From the NCBI RefSeq assembly GCF_000143415.4, contig NW_003314351.1, positions 650,697 through 710,542 of the forward strand: a stretch of 59,846 nt of DNA, in the 5' to 3' direction. The notes under the pieces were generated by a model. It saw nothing but the letters and a program-made list of their open reading frames with translations, did no database searches and was not told the origin of the DNA. A program made the position numbers and the translations under genes. Below are positions 25,693-37,936 of this stretch, piece after piece. Within the stretch, counting starts at the first letter, position 1. The number at the start of each line of letters is the position of its first letter. The stretch comes from Selaginella moellendorffii. Lineage: Eukaryota > Plantae > Lycopodiophyta.

Positions 25693-28600
25693 ATGGCGAT
25701 CCTAGCCGCGCAGGACAGGGAGTTCTCAGGTGAGATTCACCTGCGTAAATGCGTTTAATTACACCCCCTTGTTGCGTGTTCAAGATGCCGTGGAATCAGG
25801 GACAAGTAATCAAGAAAAGGAGGTTATCCGCGTTGTTTAGCTCCTTAGCAATGCTGTAATACTGACTTTTAGGTGGAAGTTCTGCAAGCGGAGCTCAGAG
25901 CGTTGCAATTGAGGGCTTCTGACAGTGAATTGGCCATTTTAACCCTGCGTTCTCAGCTCGCACAGAAAACCGAACAGCTCAGCTTCCTGACGGATGAAAA
26001 GGTTTGCTTTTACATGAAGCATCATGCTCACTATTTCATGAATGTAGGTTGTGAGTGAAGAAGCGCTTGAAGCCAGCCAGCGTGAATGCTCGCAGCTAAC
26101 CTCTCTTATCAAGGCAAGAAATTGTATGGTGAGATATTTTCTGAGCAATTAATTTCAGGAGCTAGATGCTAACATTGGAGACCTAACATCTGCTCTTGCA
26201 ACAAGGACAGAAGAACGTGATTCTGCCATCTCTTGTGAAAATAAGGTAGGAAAATGGGCTGTTTATTGCATTTTATGCATCTGTATACAGGAATTACATA
26301 TACGGGTGGCTTCTGAAGTGAAACTTCAAGAGAAATGCAAAACTTTGGAGTATGAATCTCTTAACCAATTGGATTATTCTTATATGGGCATTACAGGTGT
26401 CAACTTCAAGCCCTTCAGACAGAACATACCAAGTTGCGAAATTATGCTGAGGATTGTAAAAATAAGGAGTGTCGGAAGAAATTAATTTTAGCGGCATCTG
26501 CCTCTGAGATTCAAGAATACCAGTAATCTGCTATAGATTCTCTTTTCCTTTGTAAGTGCGCTGCAATTACAGAGTTCAGCTACAGATGGCTGAGAAGGAA
26601 GTCGGGGATCTAAAAGTTCTTGTAACACAACTCGATCAAACAAGAGATAAGCTCGTAATATTTAGCAAAACAACTTTTCTTCAACTCACTTCTTGTGTAT
26701 GGAAGGTCGGGAAGCTTGAAACTACAATGGCAGATTATCAGCTGCTTGAATCGCACCTTATAAAAACCGAGGGTGACCTTCGGCGTCTTACAGAAGAGTC
26801 TGAGGTCAAGAGTACGGAAACTCTGCATTTACAAACTTTAATGGAGTCGCTGGGAAAGGAGAGAGACCGTATTGACACTGAGGTATGATTCTTTCTTGAA
26901 TTATGCATGAACTATCTCTTTTTTATCCCGCATAGTTTCACATTCAAATGGACAGTTTCTTGCAACTAAAAGAAGAGAATAAAAGGCTAGTCGCGGATGC
27001 CTTACATATGTCGAAGGATCTACATAAAACGGAGCAGGCTCTTCAGGAAGAAGGCATGCACGTTCATCAAGCGGAATCAAAGGTAGGTTTCTTGTTCTTG
27101 TCTTTTTGTTTGGAGGAAGTTCAGTATTTTTTATCTATAGATAGCATCTCTTAAAGAAGAGCTTGCCATTGAAGAAGGTTCACGGCATGTGTTTGAAGAA
27201 AGGTGTGCTGCAAAGGTATGTCATGCAATGTAGGGATTTCCCTGTTGACATTGGTCATTCAGACTGCAGAGTTGCATGTTGTTAAAGAAGATTTAACTCG
27301 AATGACCTGTGACATTCAGGTATAATACTTGTCCTAGCATGAGTGATTACTATGCTTATGCAGACCGTTAAAAGTGAGCTTAAACAACTGATCATCGAGC
27401 GCGACAATTTATCAGAGGATGTCAGAAATCTTGAGGCAAAACTGAGATTTTCAGAACAGGTAGATGCCTTTGGAAACATGTGTAGCAACGTGAGTCATGT
27501 TACCAGGTTATCTTTTCTAAAGAGAGAGAGGAGGAAGAACTGATGGTCTCCTATCAAAAGCTTTGTGATGACTACCAGAAAGTTAAACTTGCAGCCATTG
27601 AAATGGATACGGAGGTATGCTGTGTAATCGGATTGTGGAATGGTGTCATCACGCTACCTCATTAGGGTCGCCAGCTGAGATTTCAGTTGCAAAATACGGA
27701 GGAGATGCATTTTTCTTCACAAGAACGAGCCAGGTTACTCGATGAAGATCTTCAGAAATGTTTGAGTAATTTGAAGGTGCTACTAAAAGTAGCTGTTAAC
27801 TACAATCTAAGAAGTAGTTTCAGGATATGGAACGAGAATCGGAACGGCTGTCAAGATCTATGAGTCACCAGACAACATTATTAGAGGACTGTCAAAAGGA
27901 AAAGTTAGCATTGCAAGCTCAAGTAACAACCCTTAGACAGGTGAAGGCTATCAGACTGAAGAGGTTTTTAGTATTTATAGGTCGTTTCAGGCCACTACAG
28001 AGATGGAGCAGAAGTACGAACACGCTACCCGAGACATGGGAGGTCTTGAAGCTCAGAACCATATACTAACTGACGTTCTAGAGGAAAGAGCGCAGGTTGG
28101 TCTTAGCACACTGAGGAACGCATTACCTTAGAAGGTTTACTCGCAGGAAATAGAAGCCATATCTGCCAGGTATAGATTGGAACAGGAGCATGTGAGAGAG
28201 GTGGAGAAACTTCTGTCATGTGTTCGTGCTCACGAGCACCAGAGGGAACTAGAATCAAAAGTGGGTATCGTTGACAAGAAGTTCATGTGTCTTACATCAT
28301 GGATGCAGGAGAATGAAACCAAGAATATTCTAATGAGAGAACGTCTTGTTTCTTTGGAAGAACAGGTAGTCGTCAAACGTGTGTATATTTAGTAAACTAA
28401 TATTTGAACAGGTTCAAATGTTGCGTGCTACTAGGGATTCACAAAATAAAGAAATCATGCGGTTGCAAGCTCGTCTACATATTCATGTAAACCGTCATGT
28501 AAAGTTGTTACTCTAACCATGATATTTCAGGATCAATTACCAAGAAAAGATACATATTCGTCAATATTGGTTCACAGCGTATGCCCTAGTGATGTTGCCA

Positions 28601-29025
28601 AGGTACTTCAGTTCTTTTTGTATCTGGCTGACTGAAGGTATCAGGAACATGAAGATCACAATGCCACATTGACAGCCGACTTGTCTAAAACGTCGGTGAT
28701 ATATAAAGATTGTTTGGAAAGACTTCATCAAACTGAGTCGCAGTAAGAATTGCGAAAATGCTAATTTTACAAAACATAAACCTTTTAACAGGTGTGCCCA
28801 GCAAAAAAGGGACTATGACAACATCCTTGAGCTACTTGCAAAGGTTTCCGTATCCAGTCTTGGTTTTATTCATTAGCTTCTTGATAGGTAGATGAGGAGA
28901 GAACGCAGCTGCAGAAGAAATGCTCGGAATTGCTAGCGAGGGATAAAAAAGCACCACCGATGCAGGTCAGTATGCATGCCCTTTCAAAAAAGCTCCTTAT
29001 GGTTAATCAGCAGCTAGGAGCATAA
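25693..29025 (+). CDS. BLD10: CEP135/BLD10-like centriolar cartwheel coiled-coil protein, ~25 exons, ~700-730 aa
   Basis: Spliced frame MAILAAQDREFS/DAVES.../VEVLQAE...QLGA*. Segments EREEELMVSYQKLCDDYQKVKLAAIEMDTEG, QERARLLDEDLQKCL..MERESERLSRSM and LEQEHVREVEKLLSCVRAHEHQ follow, in order, the C-terminal blocks of CEP135 as I recall them. Introns ~45-55 nt. Confidence 0.72.
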
Positions 29026-29101
29026 AAAATTGTGGGTAGCGACAACTTTATGTAGATTATTAAAGTGCTTTGGTTGAATGGCAAATTAGGGCTCTTAAAG
29101 A

Positions 29102-29109
29102 TTTCCCGC
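29102..29109 (+). promoter_or_regulatory. E2F site TTTCCCGC upstream of the CEP162-like ATG
   Basis: Exact canonical plant E2F element 22 nt before ATG 29132. Confidence 0.45.
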
Positions 29110-29131
29110 TCTGTCATTTCTTGTCGCTCCA

Positions 29132-32106
29132 ATGGTGGATGACGAACAGGTAAGGAATCCTTGAGCTGGATGGACTGATCTTCTCATTTCTTCTGGCCTT
29201 TGCAGCCAAAAAGTCCATTGAGCGCGTTGCGCTCTCCAGAGCCATCAGGCACACCAACACTCAAAAGTACCTTAGCATGCAGGTTCTCATTTCCCCATTG
29301 TAAGTTCAAAGCTGATTGTTCGTCAGGCCTTCGGCAATTGGCTTTCACCTCAATAACTTTGAATCGATATATCCCACATCCATTGTCGCTGAAGAGAAAT
29401 GCAGTCATTCCCTCAAATCAGAATCTGAAGAGCCTTATTTTATCAAAACTCGTATGCTATTGAATCTGTTAGTATAGAAAAAGCTCAGCCTTTTGTTTCA
29501 GATTGTGAAGACGATCTTTGCGTTTGGCATCCTTCTATACTGGATGTTGAACCAGAGGAAAAAAATAGCAGGTTATTTTAAGGCACAGTGGCTGTAAAAT
29601 ATTTATCCCTGAAATTACAGACATGATAAAAAAGAAGTTCTGCAAGGAAGTAGCTCGAATTTTGAGGCTTTTGATTTGTCCTCAAAACATCACACGTGGA
29701 CGTCTTTACCAGAATTTAAACAGGGTGGATACCAAGATCCAGCAATGGATTGCAAGGCTATCAAAAGCTTTCCATTTGAAGGTATGATGCCGTGTGGTTA
29801 CCCTATGTGCTCATCCGTATGTTTTGAAGATGTTGCTCACAGAGATGGACAAACTGAGGCCAGTGCTCTACAAACTCGATTTGCTGAGCTATTTAGAAAA
29901 GTCGTACAATATTTATGCTACTTTAACTTATGCTTTCAATTTGTTCAGGTAACAGCAAATCTAAGCAAGATAAAGCCCCTCAGTGTTTGTATACAGCAAG
30001 AGGATCTTCTAAAAAAGGTAGTTGTTGAGAAGGGATTTTTATAGTTTTTTTTTCAGATAAAAGAACTAGAGCTGCAACTGGCCCATGAAAAGCGCCACAG
30101 TCAGATAGTTGGGAAGAAGATGATAGACGAACGACAAGTTGCCGAAAGAATTCTGAAGGAACGGCAGGAATTCTGGGAGAAAAAACTCAAGGATCTACAA
30201 AAGGAAAAGTATGCTCTATCCATTCGCCTACAGGTGATTTTCTAGGATGTTGCTATAGTTGTGCTAATAATCAGCTGTTTAAGGAGGTGGGTGCCGAGAC
30301 TCCTCGAAAGCGTATCACAAGGGGTGACGATGTCGTTGTCTTGACCGGAGAAGAACTGAAACGGCTGAAACAAGAACTGTGGGAGCAAGAGTCACTTATT
30401 AAGGGTTATCAGGTATGGCAAATAATAGGGTGCCTACAGCTTACATTGTGATTTCAGCTTGAAAATCAAAGAGCAGTTGACAGGATGAAAGATTTTCAGC
30501 TAGAGGCCAAAGAAAAGCATAAGCTAATGGCAGATGAAAATGCTGCGCTTGCTTCACAACTCGCAAACATGCAATTATCTGTTTGTCAAAGTACTGGGCT
30601 TTCGATGGAGGGGTCGATGAAATCCATCAATGGCCTTGAAGGCCATGCCAGAGAGCTGAAACTCAGGCTCGAAAACGAAAAGGTCTTTTCTTTCACTTAT
30701 TATGCTAAGGGAACGAATTTTCTGTGTCATCACAGCTCCTACAGCTTGTTTATGACCTGGAACAAACAATTGCAGAGCTCACGTCTAATAAGAAACAGAG
30801 AGAGCGAGAGGAAGAACAAGCTGCAAACTACCAGCAATTACTCTTTGAGAAAAAAGAGCTTGAGAAACAACTGAAAAGTCAGGTACCCCTTGATAACAAA
30901 TAAATTTCCACGTCTCAAGTAATATTGTGAAGGCTGCTACAATTACTGAGTTGGAGATGAAGATTTTGGTGGACCAAACAAAACTTAGGCTGGAAACACC
31001 TCAAACTGCACCACCTCATAATCCGCTTGCTTCAGAAAATGGCCAAGCACCTTCAAGGAAAATAAAAAAAGTCACCCAACAGGTCTGTTCAGGATTTGCT
31101 GAATGATATAAAGGTTGGGAAGTTTCTTATAGGTTGCAGACATCCGCTCATTTTACCTTAAGAAAATTAAAGACCTTGCTCAAAAGCTGGAAAAGGCTAA
31201 TGATGTAAAGCCAAAGAAGCTAGATGAGTTGTTACCCTACGAAGACCTGTCATCTCAGGTACTTTTTACTTTTTCTCTTCATGTGTGTGGGTTTTAATTT
31301 CATGCAGTCAAAGAATGTCAGGAACATGAAGGACCATATTAAAAAATTAAATACAACAATTGCATTTCAAACCAATACGATTAAAACGCTGAACAACAAG
31401 GTCTTGCAACTTGAAAGTGCTAAAGGTAAGGGATGAATCTTCTGTTCATGATGTTTACTTATCGGGGACAAAAACATCAAGCTACCACATGTGACAACCA
31501 GAAGGAACCTGACAACAAGAGCTTAGAGGTCTCATAAAGATATAATTGCTCTTCAGGTTGAAAATAGGCTTTCTTGCAGCCCAGCTTACATAAAGGTGGC
31601 GAGGTACTATGTAATCAGATTGAAAATCTGCTAGTCCATGATGAAGAAACTCAAAGAATGAAGGAACGAAATAACGAATTGGAGGAAAGGTTTGAGTCAC
31701 TTGTTGAGAAAACTATTGACCACGTTTTGCTACCAGGGTAAAAGCATTAACCGAGGAGCTGTCTGAGCTCCAATGTACACCTCGTAACATACAGGTGTAA
31801 TCAATTTTAAGAAGACATCTGCTGAAGTCTCTTTATTATTATGTGCAGTTCAACGTCTTAAAGGACAAGATTCAAGACATGGAGGTTTGTCACCAGCAGA
31901 AGGAGCTGGAATGGGAGGAAATTCTCAATGAAACGAAGCGGGTCTATAACATTCAACAGGACACAATTGAGAGAAAGTGGGAGCTCACTCTAGCAGCCAA
32001 GAACGCTGAGGTAGAGCGATTTAGATTGGAATTAGATACCATATTAGAAACAGCCTTGAAGATTCAAGCAGCACAACTACAAATAGTAAAAGGTTCTTAT
32101 TTTTGA
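29132..32106 (+). CDS. CEP162: CEP162 (QN1)-like distal centriole/transition-zone coiled-coil protein, multi-exon, ~700 aa
   Basis: EELKRLKQELWEQESLIKGYQ/LENQRAVDRMKDFQ..MADENAALASQL and C-terminal LAAKNAEVERFRLELDTIL match the two conserved CEP162 blocks (QE.LL.GYQ.EN; KN.E...FR.ELD.IL). Confidence 0.8.
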
Positions 32107-32121
32107 CTTTTTATAGTGAAA

Positions 32122-33581
32122 CTAGCAAGGAATCCAGCTCCGCTGGCATAGATAGTAATTATGTTTTTTTAATATTATCATGTAAAAAGAGCTTCTTTAT
32201 AGACTATATTTTTTGTGTACACAATTTTATTTTGCAGGAAACCTTGTCCCTCACATTGTTTTATAGACATTTGTGTCTTTGATGTTCCCCTTGAGAGTGC
32301 AACATAAAGTTGACCATGGCTGAAAACTTGTCTTGGCAAGAATATCTTTATATTTTACAGTGTTTGTCTTTAGGATTTGCAAATTGTAACAGAGAATGCA
32401 AGCCTTATAGAGACATTTTACAATGAATGGCATATCTCCATTTTTTGGTTTCAAAGAGATTATTGGTAGAAGTATTTTTTTTTACTTACATATCATTGTG
32501 TAAAATTTTAACTTCAATGACATTTGGTAAAGCCTTGGTTATGGTAGTTTATTTGTGTTAATATTATGTAAGAGCATTATGATACAGCTGATTTTTATGT
32601 TTATCTATTCCAGACAGTGTTACCAAGTTTAAGAACTCCATAGGATAGTTAAGCATCTTCTCAATTGATTCTGTTTCTACAGTATCAGTGCTCTTGTATG
32701 TTATTGTTGCTCATTCTTGAAAGGATTTAGTCATTTACTTTTAAAGAGAGGTCATTTAAAGTTGTGAAAATAGCCTTTTGAAATAGGCTTAAGTTGCTTG
32801 TCTCTGTATGTTTTTCAAACACACTATCTATCAATTGTTCTATAGTAATGGATGTTAGTGGTACTCTGAATGTCCTGATTAAATCTTGGGAGGTTAGGGA
32901 GATTGCCATTCCTTGGCTCACAAGCCATCTTGACCATTCCTTTTCTTCTGGGTTCACTTGCATGTTTATATGCAATAAGAACTTTAGGAGTTTAGAACAT
33001 ATTGGTGAAGATTTAACACTATTTTGAATGATTTGTGTGTGGCAAGCTCTTTTAAGAATAGGTAAGGTTTGCCTAAAGTCTCCCCCTGTCACCAAATGTG
33101 ATACCACTAAAATCCGTGTCACAATTCCTGATATCACATAAAGCATGAATGGTTACCATGCTTATCTCGTCCTATATGAGTATTTCAGCTCTTCAAATAT
33201 GTTCAGCAAATATAGAATTTTCTCTTAGGTCCAATGTGCATGTTTTACAAAAGAACCCTGATATAAATTCTCTTTTTCCCATATATATAGTTAAATTATA
33301 TATTTCTAAAAATATAAATCCATACTGGTCATAATATAAGGAGATAAGCAAATAAATTTTGACATGATACACATTAATCAAAAAACAAAAACATACAAGT
33401 GCTAATTTTAGTTCTTTAAAGCTATAAATAATTGGTTCTTGTTAATGCAATGGCATTAAAACCAGCTTTCTCAGATTTTGAGCCACAATGTTTTATCCTT
33501 CTAAACTTGGCAAGAAAGAAACCACACAGAAAAAACTAAGCTTTCTACGAAAGCAAGAGAAGAAAGTGATAGATAGATAGA
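32122..33581 (-). mobile_element. Non-autonomous Helitron with PIF1-helicase remnants
   Basis: GGDFRQTLP..SVKSS (32727-33146) and LPRQVFSHGQLYVALSR (~32290-32340). 3' end has hairpin CCAGC-GGA-GCTGG, then CTAG (32122-32125) followed by T. Candidate 5' A^TCTATCTAT at 33581 is less certain. Confidence 0.8.
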
Positions 33582-34312
33582 TGCACATGTTTAAGCATGG
33601 AACTGACTCGAAAGAGCCATGTAAAGAGATTTTGGAGCTAGAGTCCTATAAAAGCTAGGTTGGATCAGATGAAGGTGTATTTGCTCTATCTGTAGGAGTC
33701 TGCCTATTAGTGTGGCCTTTGGTGGATTGCCTAGAAAAGTGCATGTAGAAGTCTAGTTGTGGAAAGTTTAAATGCAGCCAAAAGCATATGGGACGTCTTC
33801 GACACTACATATTGAGATAGTACATTGAAAGTCACTATTAATACCACACCACTAACTATGCCCACTGTGCTGGCTGGAAGTGTTCTTTGACATCCTGTAC
33901 TTGGCAAGTGTTCTTCTAATTCATGGTGGAGTAGCTCAAAACCATAAAAGTGATAAAGCTTGTGCTTAATGTCACTTACATTCAAAAGAAACACACACAC
34001 CACATACAAATGAATAAATTTGGCACATATGTCGCCATGTGTTATGCAGGAACACCAAGTTTGCAGTCCTGGCTGTCTCAAGGAAGCAAAGCAAAAACTG
34101 CATATTAATTTCTTGAGATTTTTACCTTTTGCAATATTATTTGAACTCTCTTTACAAAATCTATATAAAGAATTTGTTGTGCTTAGAATTATAGCACTTC
34201 CCTTCTTTCCTACATATTTTCAGAAATACAAAACTTAGTCAAAGAAAATCTACCTATGTTAGTATATGCTCTTGTTCAAGTCATAGGTTACAGTCTACAG
34301 AAATTATAACCA

Positions 34313-37300
34313 CCGACACCCAAAGGTACCACCGACATATCCGCATGTTACACTAAGACTATATCCATTTCCCTTTTGTCACACAGGTAGTCCAAGACCA
34401 CCTTCACCACAGTTCCATCTCCTAAAGACTGGACCATCCATCCATGAGTGGTCATCCCATGACCACACCTTAGCAACGTTAACATGCCTGGAGATATGAA
34501 GAACACTTTTCCCCCATATCCTTTCATTAGTCCCTACTAAATCCCTGTCTATCCCTGGCAAATGCTTGCCAACATTGCCACTGGGTCTGGGCCTGAAGGC
34601 TTGACCACTAAGTCCCATTGACTTCTGGGACTTCCTCACCATGTGACCATATCCTTGGTCATTACACCAAAGGATTATTCCTTTTCCTTTCCATAATCTA
34701 GGACTTTGGGATGACATGACCTATGCGAGCCTCGTGGGTACTCTTCCCAACATTCACCTTTAGGTGCCCTAGCCAGGTGGCTAGAATGAGGTTCCAATGA
34801 GCCACACTAACTATCCAAGTAGGTAGTGCCACCCACACTTGGACTGGGAGCATTAACCATTTGATTTCTTGGGGGAGCTAAAGCTGGCTCTTGAACACTT
34901 TACCAAGCTACCCCATTTGTCTATTCATATTCACTCTAGCCTTGGACTCTTTAGTGGTTTTATCATCACCCATCATCTGGGTATAACCTTCCTGTAAGTG
35001 ATTAATTTTTCCATTCTACTTTAGTCACTTAACCACACCTTCGACCACTTGGAGGAGTCTCACTCACAACCTCCTTAAGTCCTATTTCGGACTAGCCCTG
35101 AGAATGGCATCCATGCCACTCAACCTTTGCACTTGGTCCAAGTGCTCCACGTGTCCGATCCCATGACCGACACCCCAAGGTACCAGCGATGTATCGGCTC
35201 GTTATGCTAAGGCCATGCCCATTCACCTTGGTCACACCGGTGGTCTAACGCCACCTGCATCATAGTCCCGTCTCTCAAAGACTGAGCCATTCGTCCGTGA
35301 GTGATCATCCCAAATCTACTCCTTAGCATCCTTAGGATGCCCGTAGACATGGGGAATAGCCTTCCCCGACAACTCTTTTCCAGTCCCCACAAAGTCCCTT
35401 TTTTTCCATGGCCATATTCGCCAACATTGCCACTAGATCAAAGCCTGCAAGCCTGACCTCTAAGTCCCACTATCCTTTGGGACTTCCTCACCATGTGACC
35501 GTATCCTTGGTCACTGCACTAGAGGACTGCTCCTCTTCCCTTTCACTGTTTGGGACTTTGGGATAACATTTCGGAACACCGTGGCTTTACACAAGCCTCA
35601 TGGGTACTCTCCTTGCCTTTCGCCTTTAGGTGCTCTAGCCATGGGCTTAGAGCGAGGTTTTGTTGAGCCACGCCAGGTATCCAAGTAGGTAGTGCCACCC
35701 ACACTTGGACTAGGAGCACCAACCATTCGATCTCCCTGGGGAACTAGAGCCGGCTCTTGAACACTTCACCAAGCTACCCCGCTTGTTGGTCCGTATTCAC
35801 TCTAGTCTTGGCCTTCCTGGGCCCAACTGGCCTTTCCTAGCCAAACTGGCTCCACTGAGCTCTAACCCCCACACTCTCCCTACTATACTTTTGGAACCCC
35901 CCGCAGCCCCCCCCCCCCTGGGGGACGATCGCTTTGGGCTTTCACCCAACTGCTTGTATTAGTATTCAGACTCGGACTCGGGCTCGAACTCTGACTCGAA
36001 CTCAGTCTCGGTCTTGGTTTCGGACTAAGACTCAGTCTCGGTCTCGGCCTCAGTCTCAGTCTCGGTCTCAGTTCCATCTCGAACTCCATCTCGGGTCCAT
36101 CTCGGACGCCATCTCGGACTCCATCTCGGGTCCATCTCGGACTCCATCTCGGGTCCATCTCAGGTCCACCTCGGACTCCATCTCGGACTCCATCTCGGGT
36201 CCACCTCAGACTCCAACTCGGGTCCATCTCGAACTCCATCTCGGACTCCATCTCGGACTCCAACTCGAACTCCATCTCGGACTCCATCTCGGGTCCATCT
36301 CGGACTCTATCTCGGACTCCATCTCGGGTCCACCTTGGACTCCAACTCGGACTCCATCTTGGACTCCATCTTAGGTCCATCTCGGACTCTATCTCGGACT
36401 CCATCTCGGACTCCATATCGGACTCCATCTCGGGTCCATCTCGGACACTTCCACATGCCATGTTTTGGTCCTTTTGTGTCCCTTTTTGGAGCCTCGCTTA
36501 TTGCTCGCTTCATGCTTGTTCCTTGAACACTTTGTTGAGAGTTCCACTCCCGCTCTTGAACTTTCAAGTCAGAGCTTTTAGTCCAAACGTGTTACGCTCA
36601 TTTGGCTTTTGCTTCAGCCACTGCCATGTGGCACCCTTCCGGCTCTACTTTGGGGCCTAGGGATTTTGTGTCTCACACTTCCTTGGTCACACTGGCCTTT
36701 CCTGGCAAAATTGGAGCTTAGCCTTCCTCCCCCTACTATACTTTTAGAGCTCACCAAACCCCGTAGGATCTAGGAGATGAATGCTTTGGGTTTTCACCCT
36801 CGGACTCGAACTCAGACTTGGACTCGGTCTCGGACTCGGTCTTGGACTCGCTCTCGAACTCACTCTCGGACTCAATCTCGGACTTGGTCTTCGACTCGGT
36901 CTTGGTCTTGGTCTTGACCTTAGACTCCATCTCGGGCTCGACCTTAGACTCCATCTCGAGTCCATCTCAGACTCTATCTCGGGTCCATCTTGGGTCTATC
37001 TTGGACTCCATCTTGGGTCCATCTCGGACTCCATCTCAGGTCCATCTCGGACACCATCTCAGATCCATCTCGGACTCCATCCTAGGTCCATCTCAAACTT
37101 CATGTCGGACTCCATCTCGGATCCATTTTGAACTCCATCTTGGGTCCATGTTGGACTCCATCTCGGGTCCAGTCCATCTTGAGTCCATATCGGACTTCAT
37201 CTCGGACTCCATCTCAGACTTGTTCTCGGACTCCATTTTAGACTTGCTCTTGACACTTCCATGTGTCATGACACTTGCTATGTGTCAGTTCTTCTTATGT

Positions 37301-37488
37301 TACGTTTTAGAGACTAATTCACCGATTGCTTCATGCTCATACTTCATTTGGAGTTCCACTCCCACTGTCAACTTTCCAAGTCAGAGCCTTAGGTCCAAAC
37401 ATATTACATTTGTTGGACTTCCACTTTGACCACTATCATGTGGCACCCTTTCTGCTCTACTATGGGGCTTAGGGATTTATATATCACA
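34313..37488 (-). mobile_element. Older family A LTR interrupted by a younger family A solo LTR
   Basis: 34313-34992 and 36678-37488 join into a continuous A-LTR sequence ending gggatttatatatcaca. Confidence 0.8.
34993..36677 (-). mobile_element. Family A solo LTR
   Basis: TGTAAG...TCTCACA termini, 5-bp TSD CTTCC on both sides, internal satellite. Confidence 0.92.
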
Positions 37489-37936
37489 GTCATCCATTTG
37501 TACTACAGTTTATATGGATACTTTTGTCTGTAGATGCCCTATAAAAATACACATGGATGCCAAATTCATAAAATTTCAAATTTAGGGGTAACAATATACT
37601 TTATTCAAGGGTATATTATATTTTGGGTAAAATTTAATTAATGGGAATTGAATTCATGCTATTTGCTTTGATATCATATATAGCGCATCCTATCTTTCTC
37701 CCCTTAAGCCAATTGGAAAAGGGAATTTCTTGATAAAAGAGCCCTTTATAGCTATTTTATCCCCATTTATTCCCAAAGGTTCTAAGGATCCATGATGACA
37801 ATATATTTAAATCTCATCCTATCATCATATACACTATAGTCGCAAATGTGATTCTGGGTATCAAAAATTATCTATCATTGAATCTTTTTGAAAACTCTTC
37901 TCTTAGTGTTAGGATGATAGGAGATTGGTATTGCTA

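Noticed and set aside
32727-33146. Host PIF1 helicase gene
   Set aside because: Fragmentary, frameshifted and bounded by a Helitron-type hairpin-CTAG end.
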